Origin: Antedon mediterranea
Lineage: Eukaryota; Animalia; Echinodermata
Assembly (NCBI RefSeq): GCF_964355755.1
Contig: NC_092674.1
Span: forward strand, 13,888,001 to 13,952,000
Length of the DNA stretch: 64,000 bases
Reading direction: 5' to 3'
Part shown: one piece after another, positions 39,101 through 52,700 of the stretch
How positions within the stretch are numbered: the stretch's first letter is position 1
How the letters are laid out: the number at the start of each line of letters is the position of its first letter
Made by a program: the position numbers and the translations under genes
The notes under the pieces: generated by a model
What the model was told of the DNA's origin: nothing
Databases searched by the model: none
Seen by the model: only the letters and a program-made list of their open reading frames with translations

Positions 39101-42100
39101 AGAAGCAGGTTGCCGTTACGTTAGTTAAGCCCCTTTCTCACAGAGTTGTGTGCCAGGAATATTGCGGGAATATACCATTACCATGCCGGTATGGTTTTCT
39201 GTGAGAACGGGTCGTCTTGGCATCATGCAGGCACCATGCCGGCATCGACATGACCTGCTTTAGACCTAGTAATATTCTAGGGATATTCCCCGCAATGCCA
39301 GACGGGCATTCTGTGAGAACGTATTGCCGTTATATTCCGGGGTTCCCCGTCGAGGCTTTGACACCTTGCGCAGTCAAGTGTATCACTTTGGCGCCTATTC
39401 AATTCAATTAACAATAATAATGTCGAACTGGAGGGATAATGAGATAAGAGAGCTGCTTAAAATAAGGGGACAAGAAGAAATTTGTAGCATAATCTATATA
39501 GGCCGCTAGGCTAGGCCAGCCATAGCTCTTTGTTTGTTGGTGCCTGACCTTTCGTCGCCTTGTAAATTGTAGGCCTACGGCCTTCTAAGGTGTTTTACAG
39601 ATTGCCGATGACGGCAAATTAATTGCTATACCTGTATAATATATGCACAATATACTGTACATAGCATGTATTGCATAAATATGCTATAAAGGAAGATAAT
39701 AATCTGTAACTTAACATTCGCCGCCATATCATCGCTAGACAAAAATAATAACAATAAAGGACGCCCTCAATAATTATTTTGTCAGAGACTTTTTATTGGC
39801 CGAATATGCCCGACTCCTTTCTCACAGAAAGCCGGTATATACCGGTTATATTTCTTGCACGATAGTCCGATGAGAATGGGTATATGCCGGTAACGATACC
39901 GGCACGACGCCAGCACTGTACCGGTAGCGAAATTTTCTTTACTCGACAGATAAGGCAGAAATCATGAATAATTCATTCAATAATTGCAAGATAGCTGATC
40001 TACTTCCTAAATATACTAAACCTAAAGCCGATTTTCCACTAGGCGAATTTGTTCACGCGAATCGAAAGCGTCATACTCTGCGCATGCGTATTCGAGTTTC
40101 TGTCTGTCATACTCCCTTCTGTGACGAATTCTATTTCCTTAATTTTTCGCTGCAGCGAAATTTACTAGTTCGAATTGTTTCTACTTTTTGCGAAGCGAAA
40201 TATTGCGCAACCAATCAGAGCTCAGGAAATGAGTTATGACGCTTTCATGAGCAGTCATGCGAATCGAAATGCTCAGCAACCACGCGAGGAACATGAACGT
40301 CGCAGATATTCGCTCATGTAGTGGAAAGAGAGTAGGCGATTTTTTTCTCTTCGAAACGTTAGATTCGCGCGAACAAATTCGCCTAGTGGAAAATCGGCTT
40401 AACCCCCTAAATAATCTCTCTCAACTATTAAAAAAAAACATGTTCTTGAAAGACCTCGAACCGAGGGCTCCAGCGTAATAGGTTAAAGCTTTTACCACTA
40501 GACCAAACATTTCGGTTGGCAAACGCTGTTTACACAAATTATTTAATATCTCTGCATGCTTATATAGCGCCCTCTCTAATGTGGCATATTATGTCATAAT
40601 TATTCTAATGAATTATTCATGATTTCTGCCTTATCTGACGAGTAAAGAAAATTTTGCGTACCGGTATATTGCAGGCACATCTGTGAGAAAGGGGCTTTAG
40701 TTACTGTAGCTAGGCCTAGCCTACTCAGGCCTAGCAAACGAGGTGACGATAGCCTAGGCCTATGTATAATACAGAGACCAGAGACCAGAGACCCTGAGAC
40801 CCCCCACTAAAACGTCTCAATATTACGTAATATAGGGGGTCTCTGTTTTCGAGTTTTTCTCGAAAACAGAGACCCCACTAAAACGTCTCAATATTAAGTC
40901 AATATTATGTTATATAGGGGGTCTCTGTTTTCGAGAAAAACTCGATAACAGAGACCCCCACTAAAACGTCTCATTATATTGGGGGTCTCTTTTTTCGAGA
41001 TAACTGATAAACTGATAAAAATACTTTATTGCAACTTTTGGGTTGAATTATACAAAAATATATACTTATACTTAAATGAAAAAATATATCAAATCCATCA
41101 ACGATATAAATCAAATAACACAAAAACATCGAACAACAGACAAACTGAAGTCAAGTCAGGGAACGAAGCGACTGTGCAGGGATATATATGTATGCTTACC
41201 ACTTGTGAAAGAGACCAAAGTTTACAATAAAATTTTTTGATCGTTCCGTTTTTATTTTTGGAATGCAAAATTCTTTAACTTGTCTTAAATTGTATCTAGA
41301 TTTGGGCGCTTTTGGAAGAAGGTGATGTAGTCTATGGGAAGGGTTTTTAAGTTTCTGATAGTAATCCTTGCACAGTCTAGTTCGACGTTCACATAGCACA
41401 GGCACATTACATTGAGCCATTGCTTTGTTGTAACTGAGCTCTGGGAACGTGATTCTAAGCGCCCTTCGTTGGATACTTTCCAGTTGGTCAGACTGCAATT
41501 TAGTTAAGCACGTTCCCCAAACGGGGACGGCGTATTCTAGTACAGGTCTGATAACACAACAATAGAAATAGCATAAGGCTTGGGCGTCTAGACCTGACCG
41601 GCGCAATTGTTTAAGGAAATATAACCGTGAGTTTGATTTAGCTATCAAAGACTCAATATGGGGTTGCCATGATAAATTGTCACATATAATAATTCCAAGG
41701 AGCTTAGTACGGCAAACCTGGTTAACACTACATTTATTAATAATTAGAGGATTAAATATCGACTTGTTTTTCTTACAACTCACAATTAATTCACATGTTT
41801 TTTTAGCATTGAGGGTCATATGGTTAAGCCGAGTCCATGCAAGGGCCGAGTTAGCTATATTTTGCAAGTTACTATTGGACAGTTTAGACACCCTTTCGAA
41901 TACAGTAGTATCATCCATAAATTTAACACATGGTTTACCATTTAAAAGGTCATTGATAAAAATAATAAACATAATAGGGCCAATCCACGACCCCTGGGGT
42001 ATGCCTCCGTTTGGCGATAGCCATTCAGAAAGACTATCACCAATTTTAACACGTTGTTGTCGGTTATACAGGAAGGCATTAACCCATCGGATCAGGTGAC

Positions 42101-45100
42101 TATCAACCCCCAGCGCAATGAGTTTGTTTAAGAGAATGTTGTGGTCGATCAAATCGTAGGCCTTTTTAAAATCCAATAATAAAACTCTAACCTCTTAGAG
42201 ACCCCCTAATATAATCCCTGTTTATTAAGAGTGAGTGTGTAATACCTACCAAGCTTGGTCACAAATTATTAACACCCAACTTTTATCGCAAAAACCGTGA
42301 ATTTATGTTTATTTATTTATCAATTTATTTTATTTTAATTCATTTCTTTTTTAAGGCTCGCGCGCCCAACACAATATATTTGTCTTCATCCTCCAGTCTG
42401 CCTCAAAGTCGTACCTCATATCATTTTGTTATTGCATTGTACGTTATTATCTTTTATGCTTGTAAATAAATGTTACGAAACTAGTGTCAGCTTTTTAAAT
42501 AATCTCCCGCTTTTTAGCTTCTAAAAGGCACAGCATGCATTTATACATCTTACTTCTAGGACGTCGACCTTGTATTCCAAAATGACAGTCTTTTTACACG
42601 CGTTCAAGAATTCATCAATCTCTTCTTATCGTTGCGGCATGTTCTTTGATCGGCATATCAGTTACCGTTTATTACTGATACATCATTCTTGAGACGTTTT
42701 AGTGGGGACTCCACCCCCACTAAAACGTCTAAATAATACATTATATAGGGGGCCTCTGTTTTCGAGCTTTTCTCGAAAATAGAGACCCCCTATATAATGT
42801 AATATTGAGACGGTTTAGTGGGGGTGTCTGTTAAACAGAGACCCCCTATATAACGTATTATTTAGACGTTTTAGTGGGGGGGGGGGGTGTCTCGGGTCTC
42901 GATGTCTCTGTTTTCGAGACACCCGCATCACAACAGACTGAATCGAAAAGGACGACGTGGTAAGAAAATTACTTTTCAATTATAATATTATGTATTATGT
43001 TGTTAACTTGCTCATGAACGCTCTTACACCTCTGGGACGAGTATCGCGCAGGCCAACGATCGGAGGAGAGATCGCTCCTTATGCTGGATCGCGCGTTATA
43101 TCAAATGATGTTCGCGATTTGTAGATGAGATAGATGTAAATATTGCTAATAAATAAAAGATTAAATAAATAGATAAATTAAATAACGTCTGTAGATGTAA
43201 ATCGAGGTAAACATTGTTAATAAATAAAATATTAAATACATAGATAAATTAAATAACGTTTGTAGATGTAAATAAAAAGGTTTCAATATTCAATTTGAAT
43301 GATGAATGTAAACATTTGTATATGCGTTTTTGTTTTAAAAATAAAAGGATTGAATTGAAAAACAGTGTGAAACGAGTTTGTTTTGCATTAAATTAACGTA
43401 TCTATGTTTTGTTTTTAAATATATGTAAATAATTGTGTATATGTTTTTGTTTTGAAAATAAAAAGATTGAATGACCATTGACAAAAGTGTAAAGTGAGTT
43501 TGTATGTTATTTTTCCCGTCAGAAACAAATAGAATATTTACAAAATATATCAAAATATAATGCTTATAAAAACATTTAAAAAAAAGTTAAACTAATATTA
43601 TTAACATATTGTTTTTACAATATTTATTTAAATATAATGATTATTATATAAAATCATTTTTAAATAAACACCTAAAAAACAATAGAGACTACACTTCGAT
43701 CTTTATTTAGAGCTTACAGTGTACAGTACTGCATTGAGCGGCGTTCCATAGAAATCGCCGGAAGTTCGATTTACCGGAAGCGCGACCGAAATGAAACGCG
43801 ACCGAGATGATCCGATACCTAATCGGTGTGGTGAGGCATTTATGTTCGGTGTATAAGACGCACCCTTAATTTAGAGGTCAAATTTGCGTGTCAAAAGTGC
43901 GACTTATACACCGAAATATACGGTATATTGTGAATTAGATCGCTGGCAATAATGCATGCATATAAAGTGTAATAGCCCTCCGACGTACTAACAACAATGG
44001 GACGTCGTGGTTTTCTAGGCGCTGAAGCTACGAAGTGAACACGAATAATTTTTACTGTATAATATTCCCCGACGAAAGTACTCGCGTTCCCCGCTAGGCT
44101 CCCCGACGAAGGGGCTTCCCCCGTAGATTATTCACAACTTACTTTGTTTTTGCGATTTAAATCAGCATGCTGGGCTAATGCTATACAGCTTGCAGTTTGA
44201 CCTACGCTAGCAGCTAACAAGAGTGGTGTATTTCCATCCTAAAAATAGAATATAATATTTCATACAATATTACAAACTTCTTAGCAATGAGGAGGCATGG
44301 TTATTAATGTGTTTAATTTGTTTAAACACATTAATACTAACTATTCATATATCTTTTTAAATCATTTTTTTAAATTCAGTCATGATTTTAACTTTTCATA
44401 AATAAAAGTTTACCCAGTGAAGATATACACTGATCCATTCCATATTCTTTCAAAAACAAACATCCATATTTTTATTGTTTTTTCCTGTGCAAACATGGTT
44501 TTATATTGCTATCTATACATGTTGGTACTGTATTACTAAAAAAATTGAATATATATTGTTATAGTAGTATAAATAATCAAAATACAACTAGTATGACCAC
44601 ATTCTAAAACTTCTGATGAAGTTTTATAAATTTCTCTAAATAAATCAATGATTGAAATGATAAAATAATGGCATTTCAACAAAGTATTACATAGGCTGTG
44701 TACATCATAAGTTAACAGTTTTTAGTCTGACTGAGCTTTATATCTCCATGATTTGGTAGACTGTGTTTGTATTGTTTTGTGTTTGTATCTGTGTATTTGT
44801 GTTTGAACAGCAATTAACATTAATAAAATATAATATAAATACAATTGAAAGTTTTCAATGTAAATTATTTTAATTAAGATAATTTACATTGTCAGATCTC
44901 ACTCTGAATACATTTAACTCGATTTCACATTAAAAGTTAGAGTGTGGTAAGACCTTAAACAAACAATAAATTAATAGGACACATTATAACAATATTTTAT
45001 AAAAAAACTCATTACAATCAAGCATTCAAGCAGAGAAATATTATTGAAAAAGGTTTTCATAACATTGCAGAAGTAATTAATTTTCTCCCTGGTCATCTTA

Positions 45101-46662
45101 TTCCAGCTGTGACAATTGTATTATCATCGCTCTGCACAACCATGAAGAAACATCAGAATGGTTGACAATATTATAATTATTAATAAAGGTCAATAGGAAA
45201 AGGATCTGATCATATAATGCACTTTTATATGATCTAGCGAACTTAAGCAGAGCAATAAGGTGGTGTCTGTGCAGCATTGTGTTGGAAGGCATTGGATAAT
45301 AAGACACAAACAAGTGTACAAGAGTGTATTGATAGGCTGCACTATCAAAGACGGGTAGATGTTATTGTGTTCGGTGTATATGTAAACACACTATTTAAAA
45401 ATAGTTTCAAAAAGAGATGATAGCATTCGGTTTATTATAAAGTGGTAGGTATGGTTATATGATAATGTTAAAATAACAATAGTGAGGCATTTAATGAATA
45501 GCAAAACAGCCTTAAAATGTGACATGTTTGGAGAAACTATTCTCATCATCAGAAGATAATGATAATGTTACTTTTGTAGTTTTGATGGAATAAAGCTATG
45601 TTATGGAATGAATCTACGGTATTCATTTGGATAATGTATACAGACTGATTAAGGTGTATGTATATTCAGATGGGTATAGCTGTAATAGTAAATCCCAGTA
45701 TTTATTTTATTAATTTAAACAAATAATTCATGTTGTCAGTTTTATTCATAATTATATTTATTGATGTTCTGAATTAACTTTTGTGAGCAAAAAAATATCA
45801 TGACTTATTTGTGTATGCAATGTTTTTTGTGACAATGTTCTATTAACATACATACCTAAAAAGGGCCTTGCAAACTACAGAAAGCCACTAATCTCCTATC
45901 TGTATTGACATCATGCTCTTATAGTACTCTTTCATGTGCTGTTATACTTTATACAACATTCTCTTATACACGATGTTGGATGCACCAATGTAAATTATAA
46001 TTCAGTGGTGTTTGCGTTTGAACAAGCAGTTACGACTGAAAACGTATCCAAAATGTGTTCAGGTGGTAACACATTTTGACTGGTAAATTCCAATTTCATT
46101 GGTTTCATTTTGCCGTTACTGAGAGTGGATAAGGTTTCAAATTAATTAATTAAATATACGGAACTTTCGCCAATGAGCTATGCTCGACGCGATTATGAGA
46201 TCATGTTCCGAATATGAGCACTGTTTCTATAATTTACAGTATGATTTATATATAATTTACACAGTGCTACGCAACATCATTGATTTACATATACACAATA
46301 TTATTTAAAAAACCGTTGCGAATTAAAGTTGGAATTTATTCTGACTTGTTAAGCCTCCACTGATTGTGAGGGCGTTTGTTGTATGAGAGAATGTATCTGG
46401 TGGGTGAAAATCTGTGATAATCTAGTGGTATGATACTCGCCCTGTAAGCGAGAGGTTGCAGGTTCGAATCCAGCCAGAGACATTTTTTCATACAACTAAA
46501 AAATACGGAACTTTCGCCAATGAGCTATGCTTGACGCGATTATGAGATCATGTTCCGAATATGAGCACTGTTTCTATAATTTACAGTATGATTTATATAA
46601 TATATATTATGTATATGTATATGTATATGTATAATTATATATATATGTATATATATGTATAT

Positions 46663-46704
<42 letters not shown>

Positions 46705-49700
46705 ACAATAGGCAAAGAACATTAATTCTAAGCGCAGAAATGAGAGATCGCGGCCGTAAGCGCGAATTTTTTAGACAAAATGATTATTATGAGCGTAGGA
46801 ACCAGAGACTTCCATTCAATGCGCGTAGGCCAGTTAGATCCTATGGGCGTAGTAGGAATTATTCAAGGAGCACAGTCGAATGTTATGGATGTGGTGGTTT
46901 TGGGCGCATAAGGAAATTCTGCCGATGGCAAAGAAACTGATCTCAAGCAAGTAGTGTGGATGATGGCAACATCCCAATAAATTATTATACACTGGTACCA
47001 TGTCTTAGTAGTTTCAATCGTAAAACCATTAATAATAATAAGAATAATCATAAAACTAACAATAAAAATAACATATATATTAATGAAAATAATAATAAAA
47101 CTAATAATAAAAACAACGTAAATATTAATATTACAAATATAAACCGTGATGACTATAATAGCGACAATGATAACGATATTGACAACGATAATGATACTGT
47201 GAATGATAGTGATACTGTAAAGGATAATGTTAACGGTAATTGTAATGTTTTACATAACAATGACAATAATGTAAATATTAGTGTTGTTAATTCTGTAATT
47301 AGTGATAATGAAGATGAAAAATGTGATAGTTCTGATAGTGATAATGTATCTTTATTGGATACTGACTCTGAATTGGAAGATGAATATTATGCTTTACCTG
47401 GTCTTCAAAATCACACATCAGCATATGAAAAATGTGCTGATGATAGGTTAAAGCATAGTCTAAAAATCGGTCAAATTAATGTGAGGAGTCTTATAAACAA
47501 GGTCGATGACATAAGTTTTCTTTTCACATGCCACTCTGGATATTTTATGCATTTCTGAAACTTGGTTAAATACAGACGATAGTGATGTACTTGTTCACAT
47601 TGATAGTTTCAATATAATCAGACGAGATAGGAATATGACAATCTGTAATGGTAAAACTAAAAACAGAGGAGGTGGTGTGTGTTTATACATAAAGAAGGAA
47701 TTCCCTATGTTGAAAGAGACGAACGTAATACATGTGTCAATATGGAAGCTTTATGAATTGAAATCACTAATAAAAAAATAATCTGCTTGTTGGAAGCTAA
47801 TATTGATCCCCTAACGCAAAAAAAACCTATATTAATCTTATTATTGAAATGCTCGAGAAAGTGGCAAACGAAAACAAGGAAATTGTACTCTTAGGAGATT
47901 TTAATATAAATTATGACCTTAATGTTGACCTGAACTCAAATCCTATAAATCAAATAGAGAATATGTTTGTACTTAGACAACTAATACATAAACCTACGCG
48001 AGTTACAAACACATCTGCAAAATGTATTGATCTAATACTTACTTCAATTCCTGACAACCATATTTATTCTGATGTTGCACAAATTTCTCTTAGTGATCAC
48101 TGTTTTATCTATACATGTATTAAGCTATCGAAAAAGTTAACGAACACAAAAGCATAACTTTTAGGAACTTTAAACAATTTAATCAAGAATCTTTTATAAA
48201 TGACTTAAATAAAAACCTTTTCTTTCAAATAGTATATTTAATTATGAGGACATAAACGTTTTTTGGAATAATTGGATGAACTCCTTCTTAAGTATATGTA
48301 ATAAACACGCTCCACTAAAGACAATGCGCGTGAAAGATCGCTTTTGTCCATGGATGACTCCTGATATTATTGAAACTATAAATGTATAAAGGAGACCATG
48401 AAAAGGTCCTCTCTGATAAATCTGAAAGTGATGCACATTTAATTAAGTATCGTGAACTCCGTAACTTAGTTACCAGAAAAATTAGGAATGGGAAGAAATA
48501 AGTAAGACCATTGGTAAAGATAAAAATAGAAATAGTGTACACACAGACCTAAATTGTGAAGATTTTAATAATTATTTCTCCAATATTGGGAATACAATTT
48601 CACAATCTTTTGATATTAATTTGAGCCCCGAATGGAAACATCCCGTATGTATCCATGAATTTATTTTCGAAAAGGTAAAATGTGAGGATATTGAAAAAGC
48701 CCTTTCAGGTTTGTCTGAAAATAGTAATTTAGATATTTTGAATTTTGAAGTTCAAGTTTTTCAAAGTTGCTTAAAATAGGTACACCTAATATAGCAAGAT
48801 CCCTTTCTTCGTTAATAGACTTATCTATTGATTCAGGTATAATTGTGCCAGATGATTGAAACTGGCTAAAACAACACCTATCTATAAAGGAAAGGGATGT
48901 ATAGCAAACTGAGTTATGAGTAACTATAGACCGATATCTGTGGTATGCCATATATCGAGAATTGTTGAAAGAGTAATACAAAATCAATTAATTAATTATT
49001 TAAATGAAAATGATTTCATAAGCGTGGACCAATATGCGTTTAGAAAAAACCACTCCACTGTTTCTTGCCTCCATCGTGTTGTGGATGAATGGATGGAAAA
49101 TGTAAATGACCGTGAATTGATTGGAGCCTGTTTTCTCGATATATCCAAATGCTTCGACTCCATTGATCATACAATTCTACTTACTAAATTGGAGAATTAT
49201 TGGCTAAAAGGTAATGAAATTAAATGGTTCAAAAGTTATCTTTCCCAGCGTAAACAAATAGTTAAATGTCATAATAAATTATCTAAAAAAACAAAAGTCA
49301 AAATTGGCATACCACAAGGTAGTGTCTTAGGACCAATATTATTCCTATTATTTATAAATGACCTTCCTCAGTATGTTTACCCAGGATCATGTAGTATTTT
49401 TGCTGATGATGTTGTCATCTACACTACTGGAAATGCAATGGAAAATATAAACATCAAACTGCAAACAATTATGAATAATGTTGGAAATTGGTATAATCAA
49501 AATAAATTACGAGTAAATTCTAGTAAAACTTATGTTAATTAGAAATCGTAATGTTCGCCCTCAGTCCTCTCTGAATATTCATGTTGGTAGTGAAACCCTT
49601 GATGTCGTGAAAAATATCCGTTATCTTGGACTTCAAATTGATGAGAATCTAAATTGGAATGATCATATTCTGCAATTAAATAAAACTATTGGATACAAAA

Positions 49701-52700
49701 TTAATATCCTAAATTAGTTGTCTGAAACGCTAGGTGAATCCCTTTTAAATAATATGCTATATACCAGCGTAATTCAGCCCTGTATGGACTATGTTATCTC
49801 TGTGGGGGACTACGTCACGAAAAATAAAAATATTCTTTTAAGGTTACAAAAACGTGCCGCCCGAGTTGTAAAAAATAATTTTGACTACAAAAACTTTCGT
49901 GGGATTGATATTATTAAACAAAATAAATGGAAATTGCTTGATGAACGCAGAGACTACGCTCTTACTTGTAATACGTACAAATGTATACATGGTATTGTAC
50001 CCACTCCCCCCTCCCCCGTCTGTGCAATGATGGTGAAATGGTTTACGACCAACATGGATACTCTACGAGATATTCCCAATCTCTGAATGTTATACCACCT
50101 ATGCCAAATTGCTTATTAATGAACGGATCGCTAAAAATTGCAGGGGCCAAAGCTTGTAATAAGATCCCTCTAAATATTCAAGATAACTTGTCTAGTAATA
50201 GTTTTAAAATTAATTATAAAAACATTTCTCAAAAAAATAATTGCTTTTCCATACTTTTTCTTTTGAACGTTCTATATTTACTGATTGTTGTATTTTTTGT
50301 TTTGGATTTTTTAATTCTTGTGTTTTTAAGTTGTTTGCGAGACCATATTGAAAAACAGAAAATTATGATCTTTTTTTTCTGAATTATGTTATCCTGCTTA
50401 AATTCAATTCAATTTATTTTCATAAGATACATCATTGTGAAATAAAATTACAGTGTTTTTTTTTTGTTTTTTTTTATAATTAGAATGCACTTATGCTGGA
50501 GAAACATAAGCCCGGAGGGCTTTAAGGCTAGTTCCACCAGAAAAAAATATATAATTCAAAAAGTATATATAATAAATGTTTCAAAAGTAGTCAATAAATA
50601 AATAAATGAAAATAAAATATGAATAAATAAATAACAAGAATAAAGAAAAATAATAAACAATTTAAGCTACATACACAAGCACAACAAGACACAGGACAAA
50701 AACACGAGACAGAACGAGGACAGAAGGGACGAAGACGCTGGACAAGAGTTAAACAACTGGGTTAGAGGATAACGACTGAATTCTTAGTTGAGTTGAAATA
50801 TGTTTTAATAAATAAATAAATAAATAAATACATTTCATAGGGGGTATTTTCATATTGCATTTTGTGATATACAATTTCGAGTGTTTCACCTGCTTTGGTA
50901 GAAACAAAAATGTAAACATAATACTAGTGTATTGGTAAACACATGATGTACTGCTAACCATACCTAGTGTATTTGTGCACATAATACTATAGTAGGTGAC
51001 ATTTGAGACCGTTTTATTTGACACGACAAAGCATGTGACCTAAAAAACGTACATTATTATATCCTAATGTAGTACATTTTGTATGTTGACATGACAGGAG
51101 AAACACTAAAATGTTCCTTCTAACAGAGTTTTTCTCGGGTTACTTGATTTCGGTGTATTGTTTTAATGGGCTGTGTGCATAGTTTAGATACTAGATACTA
51201 TTTTAGTATTACAGGCGGATTAAAAATATGTTGCTTATTATAAAACACAGCCCTTTTAAAATACTAGGCCTACTTAGTTTATTAATGAAATATATCATAA
51301 TTATAATATACATTTGGATTAGCTGTACGCGAGTGCAAATAAAACATCTAAATGAATATGTATTTGCAAAAAGCTAAAATTATGTTTTCGAGAATTTTTA
51401 TTTAAACCACATACTAAGTGGTTAGTGTAACTTCACATTTATGATATATGAAACATTATGTTGATTAGTCACCTTAATATGGACCTTTGCAATATACGAC
51501 GATTTAAAATTCAGAGTTTTAGTATTATAGTATTACAGTTGAACCCCATGAGCGCTCACCCCCCCCCCCCCGAAAGTTTGCTCCCGTAACGGCCGTACTT
51601 TCGAAAAGCCTGTTTGTTCTTCATCTAATTAGTTGACCTCCTGTAAGCAGGGGTAGTAACAAAGTGCGAGGCAGCGAGGCACGCGAGGAGGGAAAGGCAA
51701 GCGTGGCAAGTCAGACATTTATGCGAGGCATCATTTTACCATCATCAAAAAAATGCGAGGCATCATTTTATCATTTCTCAAAATTGCGAGTCAAGAAATC
51801 ACCGAAATTGAAGAAGCCCATGCCCAGTAGCCGCTAAGCCCGCTATAGTTCCCTTTTGCACTTGCCTTGTATTTTAACTCGACATTTTTTGTTAATCAAC
51901 TTTATCCTGAATACCACACCTTAGAATTAGTAGAAAAATCACATAAAGGTAGAATAAATACGTTAAATTGGTGATTTTAAAGACCTTTTTCCCGCACACT
52001 GTTTTCGAATTTCGCACACTCCATGTTCAATATTTTGGTTTTTATGGAACGCCAAAAGAGCAAAATTAATTAGAGGGCTAAAAACTCTGTGGAATCCATA
52101 TATTTAACGCATTATTTAGTGAAAATTACGTACAATTTCAATAGATTTTGTCACTGTCAGTAAGCAAAAATGTTACTGTTGATACTGTACCTTTTAAAGA
52201 ATCAAATGGAAAAAAAAATCATAATATATATCTTTAATAGGATCATGGTTATGACGTTAAACTACAAACTACATCCAGGTAGAGTAGGCTGAGGTTGTGT
52301 GTGGAGCTAGTGAGTCCCAGCTAGCCTCTATTAAATGCACACAATAAACCAATTTCACCCACACTCCATGACTGGCGGGTATGGTCTGCGCCACAAACCC
52401 GAGCAGGCTCCCAGGGTAGGGGTTACGGATCCATCATCGGCAGCAGGATGATGAGTTGTAACAGCAACAGCCGACAAACTGTCATCTTGATGTTACCAGT
52501 ACAGCGGTAACTGAACAACAGCTGGCGCAACTATCCACAAGTGAGGTGGATACTGTGAAAGTGGAAAGCAACGGCGACCTACCACGTGTAGGTATCGCTA
52601 ATCACTCATTATGACAGAACAATTTTGAAACCAACCCGATATGAGAGTGGATGGTGGAACCGCCAGGCCGGAAGCTCTCAGAGATGTTACTGGCGAAGAG

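Larger units (their letters stand above)
37864..43923. mobile_element. Tc1/mariner-pogo-type MITE expanded to about 6 kb by nested insertions
   Basis: TA|CCGTATATTTCGGTGTATAAGTCGCAC ... GTGCGACTTATACACCGAAATATACGG|TA; internal GTATAAGACGCAC repeats. Confidence 0.88.

Noticed and set aside
44414-44535. Possible extra ROCO exon in the large ANK intron
   Set aside because: The candidate acceptors give immediate stops in the required phase 0 and there is no ANK motif.
46411-46482. Functional tRNA gene (Thr-TGT-like loop)
   Set aside because: The acceptor stem does not pair properly and it is embedded in a repeat unit; treated as a tRNA-derived repeat.
46956-47558. Asn/Asp-rich 200-aa ORF as a host protein
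   Set aside because: Low-complexity leader running into the APE domain (GQINVRSL) of a decayed LINE.
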